Shown piece after piece: positions 1-8,167 of a DNA stretch of 24,000 bases. The notes beneath the pieces are model-generated. The model saw only the letters and a program-made list of their open reading frames with translations, was not told the origin of the DNA and ran no database searches. Origin of the DNA: Candidatus Woesearchaeota archaeon. GTDB taxonomy: Archaea > Nanobdellota > Nanobdellia > Pacearchaeales > GW2011-AR1. A program made the translations under genes and the position numbers. Location of the stretch: assembly GCA_964612895.1 (NCBI GenBank), contig CAZTFL010000001.1, forward strand, positions 588,708-612,707, in the 5' to 3' direction. How positions within the stretch are numbered: the stretch's first letter is position 1; each line of letters starts with the position of its first letter.

Positions 1-1118
1 CTGTTAAATTGCCTAAAGATGTTGTTTTTGGAGTAGGAAATCCATTATTAAGCAATAAAGAATGGTTGAATGTTAAATGCCCTATTTGTGGAGAAAATGC
101 AAAAAGAATAACAGATACGATGGATACTTTTGTAAATTCATCTTGGTATTTCTTAAGATTTTGTGATCCGAATAATAAGGAAAAAATATTTGATAAAGAG
201 AAAGTAAAATATTGGATGCCAGTAGATTTGTATATTGGTGGAGCGGAGCATGCTTGTATGCATTTACTTTTTCATAGATTTTTTACAATGTTTTTACATG
301 ATATTGGAGTTATTGATTTTGAAGAACCAACTCCTAGATTATTCCATCAAGGTATGATTAATGATAATAAGGGAGAAAAAATGTCTAAATCTAAGGGAAA
401 TGTAGTTGAACCATTAGAAACTATTGCAAAATACGGAGCGGATACTACTAGGTTTTTTATGGTTTCAGAAGCTTCGCCGGATAAAGGATTTAATTGGTCT
501 GACAAATCAATACAAGGAAGTTTAAGATTTACAAAAAAGATAATGAATATTTTTAATGATATTAAGATAGGAGATGATTCTGGCGAAATGTCCTCTTATT
601 TGAATAAATCAATAAAAGATATTAGTGAAGAGATAGAATCAATCGATTTACGTAAGGCAACAATTAATTTAAGAAATTTATATGAAAAAATCGTTGAACA
701 AAAAGAAGTTAGTAAGAAGACTTTAGATATATTTTTTAGATTGATTGCCCCATTTTGTCCTCACATAGCTGAAGAATTATGGGAAAATTTAGGACATAAA
801 GAAGTAGTTTCAATAAGTAAGTGGCCGGAAATTGAAAACTTAAAAATTATTGAAAAGAAAAAAAATATGGATATTAATTTAAGAATAATAGAAGGAATAA
901 AAGGTTTTTCCAATAAATTTGAAAGCGAAAATAAAAAAATTTATGTTTATGTTATGCCATTTGAAATTAAAGAAGTGAATAAAAAATCCATAGAATCTGA
1001 AAGTGGTTTTTCTGTTGAAATATATTCAGTAAACGATTCTAATAAATATGATCCAGAAAATAGAGCTAAAAAAGCAAAACCAGGGATGCCTTCATTCTAT
1101 TGGATATCTGGTATCTAA
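1..1118 (+). CDS. leuS: Leucyl-tRNA synthetase, C-terminal ~370 aa (5' end lies outside the window); the core looks bacterial-type
   Basis: The reading frame is open from the window edge. It shows 'CPICGENAKRITDTMDTFVNSSWYFLRF', 'VDLYIGGAEHACMHLLFHRFF', 'FHQGMI' and the class I 'KMSKSKGNVVEP' motif. These match the layout of the LeuRS CP/catalytic core and the KMSKS loop. Confidence 0.9.
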   Translation, partial: VKLPKDVVFGVGNPLLSNKEWLNVKCPICGENAKRITDTMDTFVNSSWYFLRFCDPNNKEKIFDKEKVKYWMPVDLYIGGAEHACMHLLFHRFFTMFLHDIGVIDFEEPTPRLFHQGMINDNKGEKMSKSKGNVVEPLETIAKYGADTTRFFMVSEASPDKGFNWSDKSIQGSLRFTKKIMNIFNDIKIGDDSGEMSSYLNKSIKDISEEIESIDLRKATINLRNLYEKIVEQKEVSKKTLDIFFRLIAPFCPHIAEELWENLGHKEVVSISKWPEIENLKIIEKKKNMDINLRIIEGIKGFSNKFESENKKIYVYVMPFEIKEVNKKSIESESGFSVEIYSVNDSNKYDPENRAKKAKPGMPSFYWISGI

Positions 1119-1179
1119 CTTCTTGTTATCTGATTTGTTTTGCGTTATGTTTTTAAACTAATATTGATAGATTTTTGTT

Positions 1180-3900
1180 ATGAGTAAGAGTGACTTTAAG
1201 GGGAATTTTGATAAATTCAAGAAGATTTTTTTAAATGAAAAGGTTCAGTGGGGAATTGTTATTACTCTTTTATTTGTTGTTTTGTTCTTAAGTAGTTCTA
1301 TTAGATTAAGTAACTTGAATTTATTAAAGGATGAGACTACTGGAAATTATATTCCGATGGCTTTAGATCCATTTTATTTTCTTCGTCTTGCTGAAACTAT
1401 TTTAGAAAATGGAAGTTTGCCAGAATTTGATGAGTATAGAGCGTGGTTTGGTTATTCTGAACAACAGTGGGTTTTAGAATTACTTCCTTATTCAGTTGTG
1501 GGAATGTATAAATTTGTTAATTTATTTTCTAGTAATATAACTCTTAATTTTATAGATGTAATTTCTCCAGTAGTTTTTTTTATTTTAGGAGGTTTAATTT
1601 TCTTTTTTCTTAATTATGCTCTTACAAAGAATAAATGGCTATCTATTCTTTCTACTACATTTTTATCGTTTACTAGTGCTTATTTGTATAGGACAATGAC
1701 TGGTTTTGCAGATCATGAGGCAATTGGAATGGTTGGTTTGTTTTTGTCTTACCTTTCTTTTGTCTATATTATGAAGGTTTTAGATAACGATAAAATTAAA
1801 TTGTCAAAGATAATAATCGGTTCACTTCTTGTTGGATTGGCGAGTTTTATTTCGTTTTTTGCTTGGGGAGGAGGATTTAGATTTTTATTAGTGATATTTC
1901 CTCTTACTACATTTTTATATTGGATTTTTAACGTAAGAGAAAAAGAACATTTTGGAAGGAATACTTTAATTGTATATTATTCATGGATGGCTATTACATT
2001 ATTATTTACTGGAATTTTTAATTTGGGAATGAAAAGAGTTTTTGATACGTATTTTATGGCTACTTCAGGAATTGTTTCTTTGTTCGTTGCTGTTTTCATT
2101 TTTATTGATTTTATTGTTGTTAAAAAAATAGATTTGTTTAAATTTATTAAGAAGAAGTATAGGATATTATATAGTTTATTTTTTACATTTATTGCTGGCT
2201 TTTTAGGTTTATTTGCTATAGGTAAAAATCCGGTAAAGTTAATTTTTGCTATTTTGAATTATTTACTTAAACCATTTGGTAGTGATAGAGTAGGTTTAAC
2301 CGTAGCTGAGAATGCTCAACCTTATTTAGTTGATTGGATAAATAATACGGGTGCGATTATTTTTTGGTTATTTGTTTTTGGAATGTTGTTTTTTGGTATA
2401 AAATTAATGAGAAGTTTAAAAGAAATTAAACATAAATCTATATTTTTATTTTTATATATTTTCATGATTTGTGGTATATTATTTTCTAGAATTTCATCAA
2501 CTAGTGTTTTTAATGGAGATGGTTTTTTGAGTAAAATATTTTATTTCTTACCCCTGATATGTTTCTGGGTATATTTATTCCACTTAAGATTTGAAGAAAA
2601 ATTTGTTTGGTCTGGAATGGATTCTTTTATTTTTGCTTGGATGTTTTTTACTTTAATCTCAGGAAGAGCTGCTGCTAGAATGTTTTTCGCAATCACACCT
2701 TTAGTTTGTTTTATGGCTGCCTATTGTATAATTAGATTAGTTGAAGAGTTTAAGAGATCTAAAGACGATATGTTGAAGATACTTTTAGGAATATTAATTG
2801 TTTTTAGTTTAGTAATTTCTGTCGTTGGAGTTGCTCAATCTTATACTTCTATTAATTATGCTGCTAAGTATACTGGTTTGTCTGCTGATTCTCAATGGCA
2901 AAATACAATGGCTTGGGTTAGAGAGAATACAACAAGTTTTGATATTTTTGGTCATTGGTGGGATTATGGTTATTGGGTTCAAACATTAGGAGAAAGAACA
3001 ACTATTGCGGATGGTGGTTATCATCCAAACTATCTCGTTCATTTTATTGGGAGATATGTATTAACTACTCCAAATCCAGAAACAGCTTTTAGTTATTTGA
3101 AGACAACGAATGTTAGTTATCTCTTAATTGATCAAACAGATTTAGGAAAATATTCTGCGTACTCAAAAATAGGTAGTGATGAGAATTGGGACAGGTTTAG
3201 TGTTATTCCTGTTGGAAAATACGATGCAACTCAAACTCAAGAGAGTGCGAATGAAACTGTTATGATTTATTATATGCAAGGAGTTGTTGATGAAGATTTT
3301 AGTTATGATAGTAATTTTGATGGTAAAAAAGATATTCTTTTGCCTGGACCAACTTATGATGATATAGGAAATCCTAGTTATAATTCATATTTAGGAGCTG
3401 TTATTTTTAGAATAGGTAAAGATAATTTATTACAGCCTAATGGAATTTACATACTTAACGGAAAACAATACAGAATTCCTATTAGATATGTTTATTTGAA
3501 TAATGAATTATATGATTTTAAGAGTGGTATTGATGCTGTTATTTCTATTGTTCCTAGCGTAGAAACGAATAAAGTTGATCCATTAGGTGGAATGATTTAT
3601 CTTAGTCCTAAGGTTAAAGATTCTTTGTTCGCCCAATTGTATTTATTAGATGATGTTTTTGGTAATTATGAAAACTTTGAATTAGTTCATGAAGAATTAG
3701 ATAGTTTAGTTAGTCAGGTTAGAGCTTTTACTGAGGATTTTAATTACACCGAATTTTTAATATATAATGGTGGTTTAAGAGGTCCAATAAAAATATGGGA
3801 CGTTAGAAATATTTCAGAAGAAGTTGAAACATATGACGAGTTTCATTATGATTTTGTTGGAAAAGAAGAGTATGGATATTTAGATAGTTTGTTTGAATAA
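1180..3900 (+). CDS. aglB: Dolichyl-phosphooligosaccharide-protein glycosyltransferase (STT3/AglB family oligosaccharyltransferase), 906 aa
   Basis: About 13 predicted TM helices are followed by a large soluble C-terminal domain. The catalytic 'WWDYGYW' motif sits at nt 2956-2970. Acidic loop motifs are present ('ALDPFYF', 'GFADHEAIG'), and 'DQTDLGKYSAYSKI' looks like a DK-type motif. Confidence 0.9.
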   Translation: MSKSDFKGNFDKFKKIFLNEKVQWGIVITLLFVVLFLSSSIRLSNLNLLKDETTGNYIPMALDPFYFLRLAETILENGSLPEFDEYRAWFGYSEQQWVLELLPYSVVGMYKFVNLFSSNITLNFIDVISPVVFFILGGLIFFFLNYALTKNKWLSILSTTFLSFTSAYLYRTMTGFADHEAIGMVGLFLSYLSFVYIMKVLDNDKIKLSKIIIGSLLVGLASFISFFAWGGGFRFLLVIFPLTTFLYWIFNVREKEHFGRNTLIVYYSWMAITLLFTGIFNLGMKRVFDTYFMATSGIVSLFVAVFIFIDFIVVKKIDLFKFIKKKYRILYSLFFTFIAGFLGLFAIGKNPVKLIFAILNYLLKPFGSDRVGLTVAENAQPYLVDWINNTGAIIFWLFVFGMLFFGIKLMRSLKEIKHKSIFLFLYIFMICGILFSRISSTSVFNGDGFLSKIFYFLPLICFWVYLFHLRFEEKFVWSGMDSFIFAWMFFTLISGRAAARMFFAITPLVCFMAAYCIIRLVEEFKRSKDDMLKILLGILIVFSLVISVVGVAQSYTSINYAAKYTGLSADSQWQNTMAWVRENTTSFDIFGHWWDYGYWVQTLGERTTIADGGYHPNYLVHFIGRYVLTTPNPETAFSYLKTTNVSYLLIDQTDLGKYSAYSKIGSDENWDRFSVIPVGKYDATQTQESANETVMIYYMQGVVDEDFSYDSNFDGKKDILLPGPTYDDIGNPSYNSYLGAVIFRIGKDNLLQPNGIYILNGKQYRIPIRYVYLNNELYDFKSGIDAVISIVPSVETNKVDPLGGMIYLSPKVKDSLFAQLYLLDDVFGNYENFELVHEELDSLVSQVRAFTEDFNYTEFLIYNGGLRGPIKIWDVRNISEEVETYDEFHYDFVGKEEYGYLDSLFE

Positions 3901-3901
3901 A

Positions 3902-4921
3902 TTAACTAGTTCTTTTTCCCCATTTTCCGAAGAGAATTCTTATAATATCTCTAAATTTGAGTGCAAAAGAGAATATGCCCAACTTTATACAGAGACTTCC
4001 GATTATTACAGAATCAAATGGTTTTGTAGCTAGGATAGTTATTAGTTTAAATGAGGAGTCTTTTTTGATTATTCTTTTATAATATTCTTTGTTAAAATTT
4101 TCTTTTGAGTTTATTAAAACTCCATAAGTTGCTAAATAGTTATATAATTTAAAGTAAATAAATTCATTCCTGTGTTTTTTTAAAATATTATTTTTTTCTA
4201 AAAATTGTTTTAGTAATTTTATGCTTTCAAAATAATTATCTATTCTTCTTTGAGAATTTTTATAGGAAGTTAGTGAACCTTCGTGTAAAAAGTAATTGTA
4301 GAGATATTTATTTTCTACACAAATTTTATTAGCGTAATAAATTGTTTTATATGCGAAGTCCATATCTTCTGCTACGTATAAATTAGGGAACAAGATATTG
4401 TTTTTTTCTAATAGTTCTCGTTTTATCATTCTTGACCATGGAGCCCAGGCTATTTTTCTTTGAATAGTTTTTTTGAATATAATTTTTTTATTTTCTTGTT
4501 CTTTATTTTTTAAGAGTCTTTTATCTAATATTGTTTTATTTTCAAATACAAGTTTAGGTTTAATTAAAACTACATCGGCGTTTTTTTGTTCTGCTTTTTT
4601 GTATAACAAATCACAAGCATCTTTTTCTAACCAGTCATCTGAATCTACGAAACAGATATATTTTCCTCTTGCTATTTTTATTCCTTTATTCCTACTTTCT
4701 CCAGGTCCACAATTGTCCTTATTGTTTATAATTTTTAATCGTTTATCTTTTTTTTGAAGTTCTTTTAATTTTTTCAAAGAATTATCTGTCGATTTGTCGT
4801 TTATACAGATTAATTCTATCTCTTTTAGAGTTTGATTGAGAACGGACATTATTGGTTTATCCATTAATTTTTCAGAATTGTAGATAGGCATAATGATACT
4901 TATCTTTGGTAAATTTACCAT
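3902..4921 (-). CDS. Family 2 (GT-A fold) glycosyltransferase, 339 aa, with a C-terminal hydrophobic tail
   Basis: The N-terminus 'ISIIMPIYNSEKLMDKPIMSVLNQTLKEIELICINDKSTDNS' and the DxD motif 'FVDSDDW' are classic GT2 signatures. Its stop lies 1 bp from the aglB stop (convergent). Confidence 0.85.
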   Translation of the reverse strand: MVNLPKISIIMPIYNSEKLMDKPIMSVLNQTLKEIELICINDKSTDNSLKKLKELQKKDKRLKIINNKDNCGPGESRNKGIKIARGKYICFVDSDDWLEKDACDLLYKKAEQKNADVVLIKPKLVFENKTILDKRLLKNKEQENKKIIFKKTIQRKIAWAPWSRMIKRELLEKNNILFPNLYVAEDMDFAYKTIYYANKICVENKYLYNYFLHEGSLTSYKNSQRRIDNYFESIKLLKQFLEKNNILKKHRNEFIYFKLYNYLATYGVLINSKENFNKEYYKRIIKKDSSFKLITILATKPFDSVIIGSLCIKLGIFSFALKFRDIIRILFGKWGKRTS

Positions 4922-4933
4922 AATGGGATTAGA

Positions 4934-4950
4934 TTTATATAGTTTATATT
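4934..4950. promoter_or_regulatory. Candidate divergent promoter: two TATA-box-like elements in the 42-bp spacer between the two GT2 genes
   Basis: The sequence 'TTTATATAgTTTATATT' spans 4934-4950. These elements lie about 14-30 bp from the two divergent start codons, which would imply short-leader or leaderless mRNAs. The evidence is weak because the genome is AT-rich. Confidence 0.3.
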
Positions 4951-4963
4951 TGTTTTGGTGATT

Positions 4964-5755
4964 ATGAATCCATTGATATCAGTAATAACTATATGCTATA
5001 ATGAAAATGATGGAATAAAGAGAACTTGTGACAGTGTTATAAACCAAACATATAAAAATTTTGAATGGATAGTTATTGATGGTGGTTCTACGGATGGAAC
5101 TTTAGATATATTAGAGAAATATAAAGATAATATGAAATATTTTATTTCTGAAAAAGACAATGGAATATATAATGCAATGAATAAAGGAATAAAAAAATCA
5201 AAAGGAAATTACTTATTGTTTTTGAATGGAGGAGATTTTTTAAAAGATAATAATATTCTTTATAATGTAAGTAATTTTATTTTAGATGATAAAAAAGAAT
5301 CTAATATATATTATGGGGATGTAGAATATAATAATGGAGAAATTGTTACGTTTAAAAAAACAAAATTAAATAAGAATTTTTTTATTAATAAAACAATCTC
5401 TCATCAAGCTTCATTTATAAAATCAAATTTATTTGATAAATATGGTTATTATAATGAAAATTATAAAATTGTTAGCGATTTTGATTTTTGGATAAAGACG
5501 ATAGTTCTTAATAATGTAAAAACTAAGTACATTCCAATTATTGTATCTGTATTTGACTTACATGGCGTTAGTACAAAATATTCTTATATGAAAAAACATA
5601 TAGAGGAAAGAAATAATGTCTTGTTAATAAATAACATTATTAATAGAAAAGAAGCAATTTTTTTAAAATTTAAATGGACATTATTATTGATATTAAAAAA
5701 AATTGGTGTTTATTTTATATTAAAAAAAATTTATAGAAAATTTATTCATAGATAA
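4964..5755 (+). CDS. Family 2 glycosyltransferase (WcaE-like), ~263 aa
   Basis: The call rests on 'ISVITICYNENDGIKRTCDSVINQTYKNFEWIVIDGGSTDGT', 'YNAMNKGIKKSKGNYLLFLNGGD' and 'SHQASF'. The ORF track starts at a TTG (4955); the ATG at 4964 is the more likely start. Confidence 0.85.
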   Translation: MNPLISVITICYNENDGIKRTCDSVINQTYKNFEWIVIDGGSTDGTLDILEKYKDNMKYFISEKDNGIYNAMNKGIKKSKGNYLLFLNGGDFLKDNNILYNVSNFILDDKKESNIYYGDVEYNNGEIVTFKKTKLNKNFFINKTISHQASFIKSNLFDKYGYYNENYKIVSDFDFWIKTIVLNNVKTKYIPIIVSVFDLHGVSTKYSYMKKHIEERNNVLLINNIINRKEAIFLKFKWTLLLILKKIGVYFILKKIYRKFIHR

Positions 5756-5793
5756 ATAGTAAAGATTAATAAATAGTACAACTTCATAATTAT

Positions 5794-6531
5794 ATGATAA
5801 AAAAAATAAAACGTATATTAAAACAGGGAGGTAAGAAATTGTTATATGAAAAAATAGTAAACAAATTTAGAAATATTTTAGGATTAAATGAAATTTCAAA
5901 AAAACAAATAAAAAAATTAATAGGTAGTAATCCCCAAACGATTTTAGAAATTGGTGCTGCAGATGGAAAAGATTCTATGGAATTTTTAAAATGTTTTAAA
6001 TCAAGTAAAATATTCTTGTTCGAGCCAGATCCTAGAAATGTTAATATATTAATAAAGAAATTTTCAAATAATAAAAATATCTTTATCGAAAAATTTGCTA
6101 TTTCAGACAAAAATGGAGAAACTACTTTTTATCAATCAATGAAAGAGGATGTTTTATGGGCATATTCATCTTCTATTAAAAAGCCTAAAAATCATTTTAA
6201 TCAATTTCCAGATATAAAATTTAATAAATCAATAAAAGTTAAGACAAAAACACTTGATGATTGGTCAAAAGAGAATAAAATTGATTGTATAGATTTTATT
6301 TGGGCAGATGTTCAAGGTGCAGAGAAGGAAATGATTATAGGTGGTATGGAAACATTAAATAATAAAACTAAATATTTTTATACGGAATACTCAAATAATA
6401 ATTTATATGAAAATGAAATCTCTTTAAATGAAATAAAAGAACTTTTAACAAATTTTGAAATTGTAAAAATCTTTGGTACTAAAAATAGTATATACGGGAA
6501 TGTTCTTTTTAAAAATAAAAAAATAAAATGA
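5794..6531 (+). CDS. FkbM-family SAM-dependent methyltransferase, 245 aa
   Basis: The motif order typical of the FkbM (Methyltransf_21) family is present: 'ILEIGAADGKDS', 'LFEPDPRNVNIL', 'FAISDKNGETTFY' and 'IDFIWADVQGAEKEMIIGG'. The stop overlaps the next start (ATGA at 6528-6531). Confidence 0.75.
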   Translation: MIKKIKRILKQGGKKLLYEKIVNKFRNILGLNEISKKQIKKLIGSNPQTILEIGAADGKDSMEFLKCFKSSKIFLFEPDPRNVNILIKKFSNNKNIFIEKFAISDKNGETTFYQSMKEDVLWAYSSSIKKPKNHFNQFPDIKFNKSIKVKTKTLDDWSKENKIDCIDFIWADVQGAEKEMIIGGMETLNNKTKYFYTEYSNNNLYENEISLNEIKELLTNFEIVKIFGTKNSIYGNVLFKNKKIK

Positions 6532-7502
6532 AAATAAATTTCTATAATCCTTATGATAATTCCGGATTTAATAATTGTTTTGTTTCGAAATATATACCAA
6601 ATATCGAAAAAGATAAAAAAAATGGAGATGTAATTGTAGAATATATTCATAAAGGGTTTTCTGAAAATTTTTTTAATTCACCAAAAAAACTTCTTTTATC
6701 AGGAGAAAATCTTTATTATAAATTAAATTTATTTAAATTAATAGAATATATTTCTAAAAAGATAAAAGTTGATTTGAAGTTTTTGAATAAAATATTACCA
6801 AAAAAATTGTTGGATTTAAAGCTGGGATATATGCGCCCGAAATATCTAAATTACATAAAAAAGATATCTAAAAATGATAATAAAAAAGATTATGCAATAA
6901 TTTGTAATGATATAAAAGGTAAGAATATATTAAATCTTCCGTATTTTTTTCATGTAAATTATATTATGAATAAAATATTTCAAAATAAAAAAAAGATTAA
7001 AATACCTAAAAAATTTTGTTGCATATTAATTTCAAATGAATCTGCTTTTGATAGAATCAATTTTGTAAAGAAATTATCAAGGTATAAAAAAGTTGATATA
7101 TATGGAAAGACTTCTTTAACAAATTCGGATAATTCAAAATTACCAGATGGGTTCCATAATAATTCAACTTTTTATTCGCAATATAAATTTGTAATTTGTT
7201 TCGAAAATTCGTTTTCTAATGAATATATTACAGAAAAGCTTCCAAATGTAATGATAGGTAAATCTATTCCAATTTATCGTGGTGCTCCAAATGTAGGAGA
7301 ATATTTTAATACAAAATCTTTTATTAATTATGATGATTATGGTTCATATGAAAAGATGATTGAAAAGATAATTGAACTAGATAAGGATAACGATAAATAT
7401 CTAGAATTTGCAAACATTCCATTTTTAACAAAGAAAAATAAAAATAAGATAAGAGATAAAGAATCCGAATTGAAACGATTTTTAAAAAAAATATTTAATT
7501 AA
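6528..7502 (+). CDS. GT10-family alpha-1,3(/4)-fucosyltransferase-like glycosyltransferase, 324 aa
   Basis: 'FYSQYKFVICFENSFSNEYITEKLPNVMIGKSIPIYRGAPNVGEYFNTKSFINYDDY' lines up closely with the conserved GT10 block of Helicobacter FucT as I recall it ('LSQYKFNLCFENSQGYGYVTEKILDAYFSHTIPIYWGSPSVAKDFNPKSFVNVHDF'). 'LLLSGENLYY' and 'CCILISNES' also match upstream GT10 blocks. Confidence 0.85.
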   Translation: MKINFYNPYDNSGFNNCFVSKYIPNIEKDKKNGDVIVEYIHKGFSENFFNSPKKLLLSGENLYYKLNLFKLIEYISKKIKVDLKFLNKILPKKLLDLKLGYMRPKYLNYIKKISKNDNKKDYAIICNDIKGKNILNLPYFFHVNYIMNKIFQNKKKIKIPKKFCCILISNESAFDRINFVKKLSRYKKVDIYGKTSLTNSDNSKLPDGFHNNSTFYSQYKFVICFENSFSNEYITEKLPNVMIGKSIPIYRGAPNVGEYFNTKSFINYDDYGSYEKMIEKIIELDKDNDKYLEFANIPFLTKKNKNKIRDKESELKRFLKKIFN

Positions 7503-7571
7503 ATATTAAAAAAGCTCTTTATAATAATTATTGAATTAATAAAATTATTGAATTAGTTAGAAATTAATAAT

Positions 7572-8078
7572 TTATTTTTTTACTTTAAGTATTACCCGTA
7601 GTTCCTTTGCTGGGAAAATCCAACAGAATATTTCTTGATAAATTCTCGGAAATAAATTAAAGAACGAAAAGAAAAAAAATTGTTTTCTCCATATTAATTT
7701 TTTATTTTCTGTTTTAAAGTTTCCAGTAGATTGCCAGTGACTTTGATGATTAGCATCTAAAGAATCAAAACTAGTATATGTAAAGTGGTGATAGTGATCG
7801 AGTGCGGAGAATGAACTTTCATGTGAAAAAAATGGAACTCTTATAAAAATAAGAGCATTATTTTTAGATACTCTATAAATTTCTTTAAATAAATTAAGTG
7901 GCTCATGAAAGTGTTCTAATACATGATTAAGTATTATTTCATCGACAGAGTTTGTTTTAAATGGAAGAGGTTTATTTAAATCTACAATTTTATCTGCTCC
8001 AATATCTTTTGACCAATCACAATTTAGATAGTCTTTTCTAATATCTCTTCCACAACCAAGATTTAATTTTAGTGTCAT
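7572..8078 (-). CDS. Class I SAM-dependent methyltransferase (Methyltransf_11-like), 168 aa
   Basis: It carries motif I 'LNLGCGRD' and 'VDEIILNHVLEHF'. It lies on the same strand as, and downstream of, the kinase/nucleotidyltransferase fusion gene. Confidence 0.7.
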   Translation of the reverse strand: MTLKLNLGCGRDIRKDYLNCDWSKDIGADKIVDLNKPLPFKTNSVDEIILNHVLEHFHEPLNLFKEIYRVSKNNALIFIRVPFFSHESSFSALDHYHHFTYTSFDSLDANHQSHWQSTGNFKTENKKLIWRKQFFFFSFFNLFPRIYQEIFCWIFPAKELRVILKVKK

Positions 8079-8167
8079 TGTTGTTAAAATAGTTTAATTC
8101 TATAGAGTTGTGTCGTTTTGAGTATTTAAATAATTGGTATTTTTTGCTTAAGAATAATATTGCTTAT

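Noticed and set aside
4473-4757. 94-aa ORF on the + strand
   Set aside because: It lies entirely antisense to the well-supported GT2 gene (3902-4921). Its product is a low-complexity F/L/S-rich translation, as expected from the reverse strand of an AT-rich coding region.
5790-6110. 106-aa ORF on the - strand
   Set aside because: It is antisense to the FkbM methyltransferase gene, has no recognisable motifs, and its composition-driven I/F/L/N content marks it as spurious.
6378-6650. 90-aa ORF on the - strand
   Set aside because: It is antisense across the FkbM/GT10 gene junction, and both sense genes have strong family motifs.
7526-7555. Perfect 13-nt direct repeat AATTATTGAATTA (7526-7538 and 7543-7555) in the convergent spacer after the GT10 gene
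   Set aside because: It is short and composed almost only of A and T, in a spacer of similar composition. I cannot distinguish it from chance or replication slippage, and it has no flanking structure suggesting a mobile element or an array.
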